DNA from: Malacoraja senta
Taxonomy: Eukaryota
NCBI GenBank assembly: GCA_038087875.1
Contig: CM075991.1
Coordinates: 13,270,001-13,334,000 of the forward strand
DNA: 64,000 bases
Reading direction: 5' to 3'
Within the stretch, counting starts at the first letter, position 1. The number at the start of each line of letters is the position of its first letter. The notes below the pieces were generated by a model. The model was not told the DNA's origin. It saw only the letters and a list, made by a program, of their open reading frames with translations, and did no database searches. The position numbers and the translations under genes are program-made. Of the stretch, positions 62,635 to 64,000 are shown one piece after another.

Positions 62635-64000
62635 ATAGATACAGGGAGAGTGAGGAGGTCATAGAAAGGAGTTATAGGGAGGTGGCCACTCCAAGACCAC
62701 GGGAGGCAGACAAGTGGGTCACGGTTAGGAAGGGCAAGGGGCAGAGGCAGGGACTAGTGAGTACCCCGGTGGCTGTACACCTTGAAAATAAGTACTCCTG
62801 TTTGAGTACTATTGGGGGGGACAGCCTTCCTGGGGGTAGCGACAGCGGCCGGGCCTCCAGTACAGAGACCGGCCCTGTTGCTCAGAAGGGTAGGGAAAAG
62901 AAGAGGAGGGCAATAGTAATAGGGGACTCTATGGTTAGGGGGTCGGATAGGCGATTCTGTGGACGCAGTCAGGAGACCCGGATGGTAGTTTGCCTCCCTG
63001 GTGCCAGGGTTAGGGATGTGTCTGAACGTGTCCAAGATATCCTGAAATCGGAGAGGGAGGAACCTGAGGTTGTGGTACATATAGGTACCAATGACATAGG
63101 CAGAAAAAGAGAATAGGTCCTGAAAGGAGAATTTAGGGAGTTGGGAGGAGAATTAAGGAGAAGGACCGCAAAGGTAACAATCTCAGGATTACTACCTGTG
63201 CCACGCGACAGTGAGAGCAGGAATGGAATGAGGTGGAGGATAAATGCGTGGCTGAGGAACTGGTGCAGCGGGCAGGGATTCAAATTTCTGGATCATTGGG
63301 ACCTCTTTTGGGGAAGGTGTGACCTGTACAGAAAGGACGGGTTGCACTTGAACCCGAGGGGGACCAATATCCTGGCGGGGAGATTTGCAAAGGCTACTGG
63401 GGAGACTTTAAACTAGAACGGTTGGGGGGAGGGACTCAAATAGAGAAAGCTATTAGATAATGTGGGAGGCAGGAGGCAGAGAAGGGAAGCACTCGGACCC
63501 AAAATGTAGGGGAGAAAGAAGAAAAAGAAAATAAACAGAGAATAAGTGGTGGTGGGTTTCTTAAATGTGTATATTTTAATGCTAGGAGCATTGTAAGAAA
63601 GGTGGATGAGCTTAGAGCCTGGATTGACACCTGGAAGTATGATGTTGTGGCGATCAGTGAAACATGGTTGCAGGAGGGCTGTGATTGGAAACTAAATATT
63701 CCAGAATTTCGTTGCTTCAGGGGTGATAGAATTGGAGGGGCAAGAGGTGGGTGTGTTGCATTGCTTGTCAAGGAAGATATTACAGCAGTGCTTTGGCAGG
63801 ATAGATTAGAGGGCTCGTCTAGGGAGGCTATTTGAGTGGAACTGAGAAATGGGAAAGGTGGAGCGAGAATTGGAAGAGCAAATATGTAAGGAGATAGCAG
63901 ATATTAGTAGTAAGCACAAGGTAGTGATTGTGGGAGATTTCAATTTTCCACACATAGACTGGGAAACACATTCTGTAAAAGGGCTGGATGGTTTGGAGTT
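62635..64000 (+). mobile_element. CR1 LINE ORF1 (SGNH esterase) and start of ORF2 (APE endonuclease), with stops; runs off the window
   Basis: RRAIVIGDSMVRG, VHIGTNDIG and DGLHLN (SGNH/GDSL); YFNARSI, VVAISETWL and VGDFNFP (APE); stops at about 63114 and 63833. Confidence 0.9.

Overview
This window is vertebrate genomic DNA, not prokaryotic. The repeat landscape (CR1, Rex1/Babar, Penelope, Tx1, Vingi-like LINEs and tRNA-derived SINEs) suggests a cartilaginous fish, probably a skate or ray; that assignment is inference. Two host genes are present. The first is a complete 5-exon histone H2A.Z.2 gene (H2AZ2/H2AFV, + strand, CDS 24717-41492) with a CpG-island promoter. The second is a heparan-sulfate 3-O-sulfotransferase 1-like gene (- strand, CDS 53020-51297) with four 1-bp frameshifts that may be assembly errors. 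The most striking structure is a small provirus at 7768-10498 with a 5-bp TSD, two LTRs, a tRNA-Ser-like PBS, a PPT and an env-TM-like remnant. Nearly all of its coding region is replaced by a spliced, intronless copy of the host splicing-factor mRNA SNRNP40, i.e. retroviral capture of a cellular gene. Also notable: a ~1.77-kb near-identical inverted duplication (21005-22769 / 33946-35713) that brackets the H2AZ2 promoter and exons 1-2; an orphan CpG island flanked by outward-facing splice-donor-rich minisatellites (48385-49580); tail-to-tail Helitron-like ends; and hammerhead-ribozyme cores in Penelope repeats.
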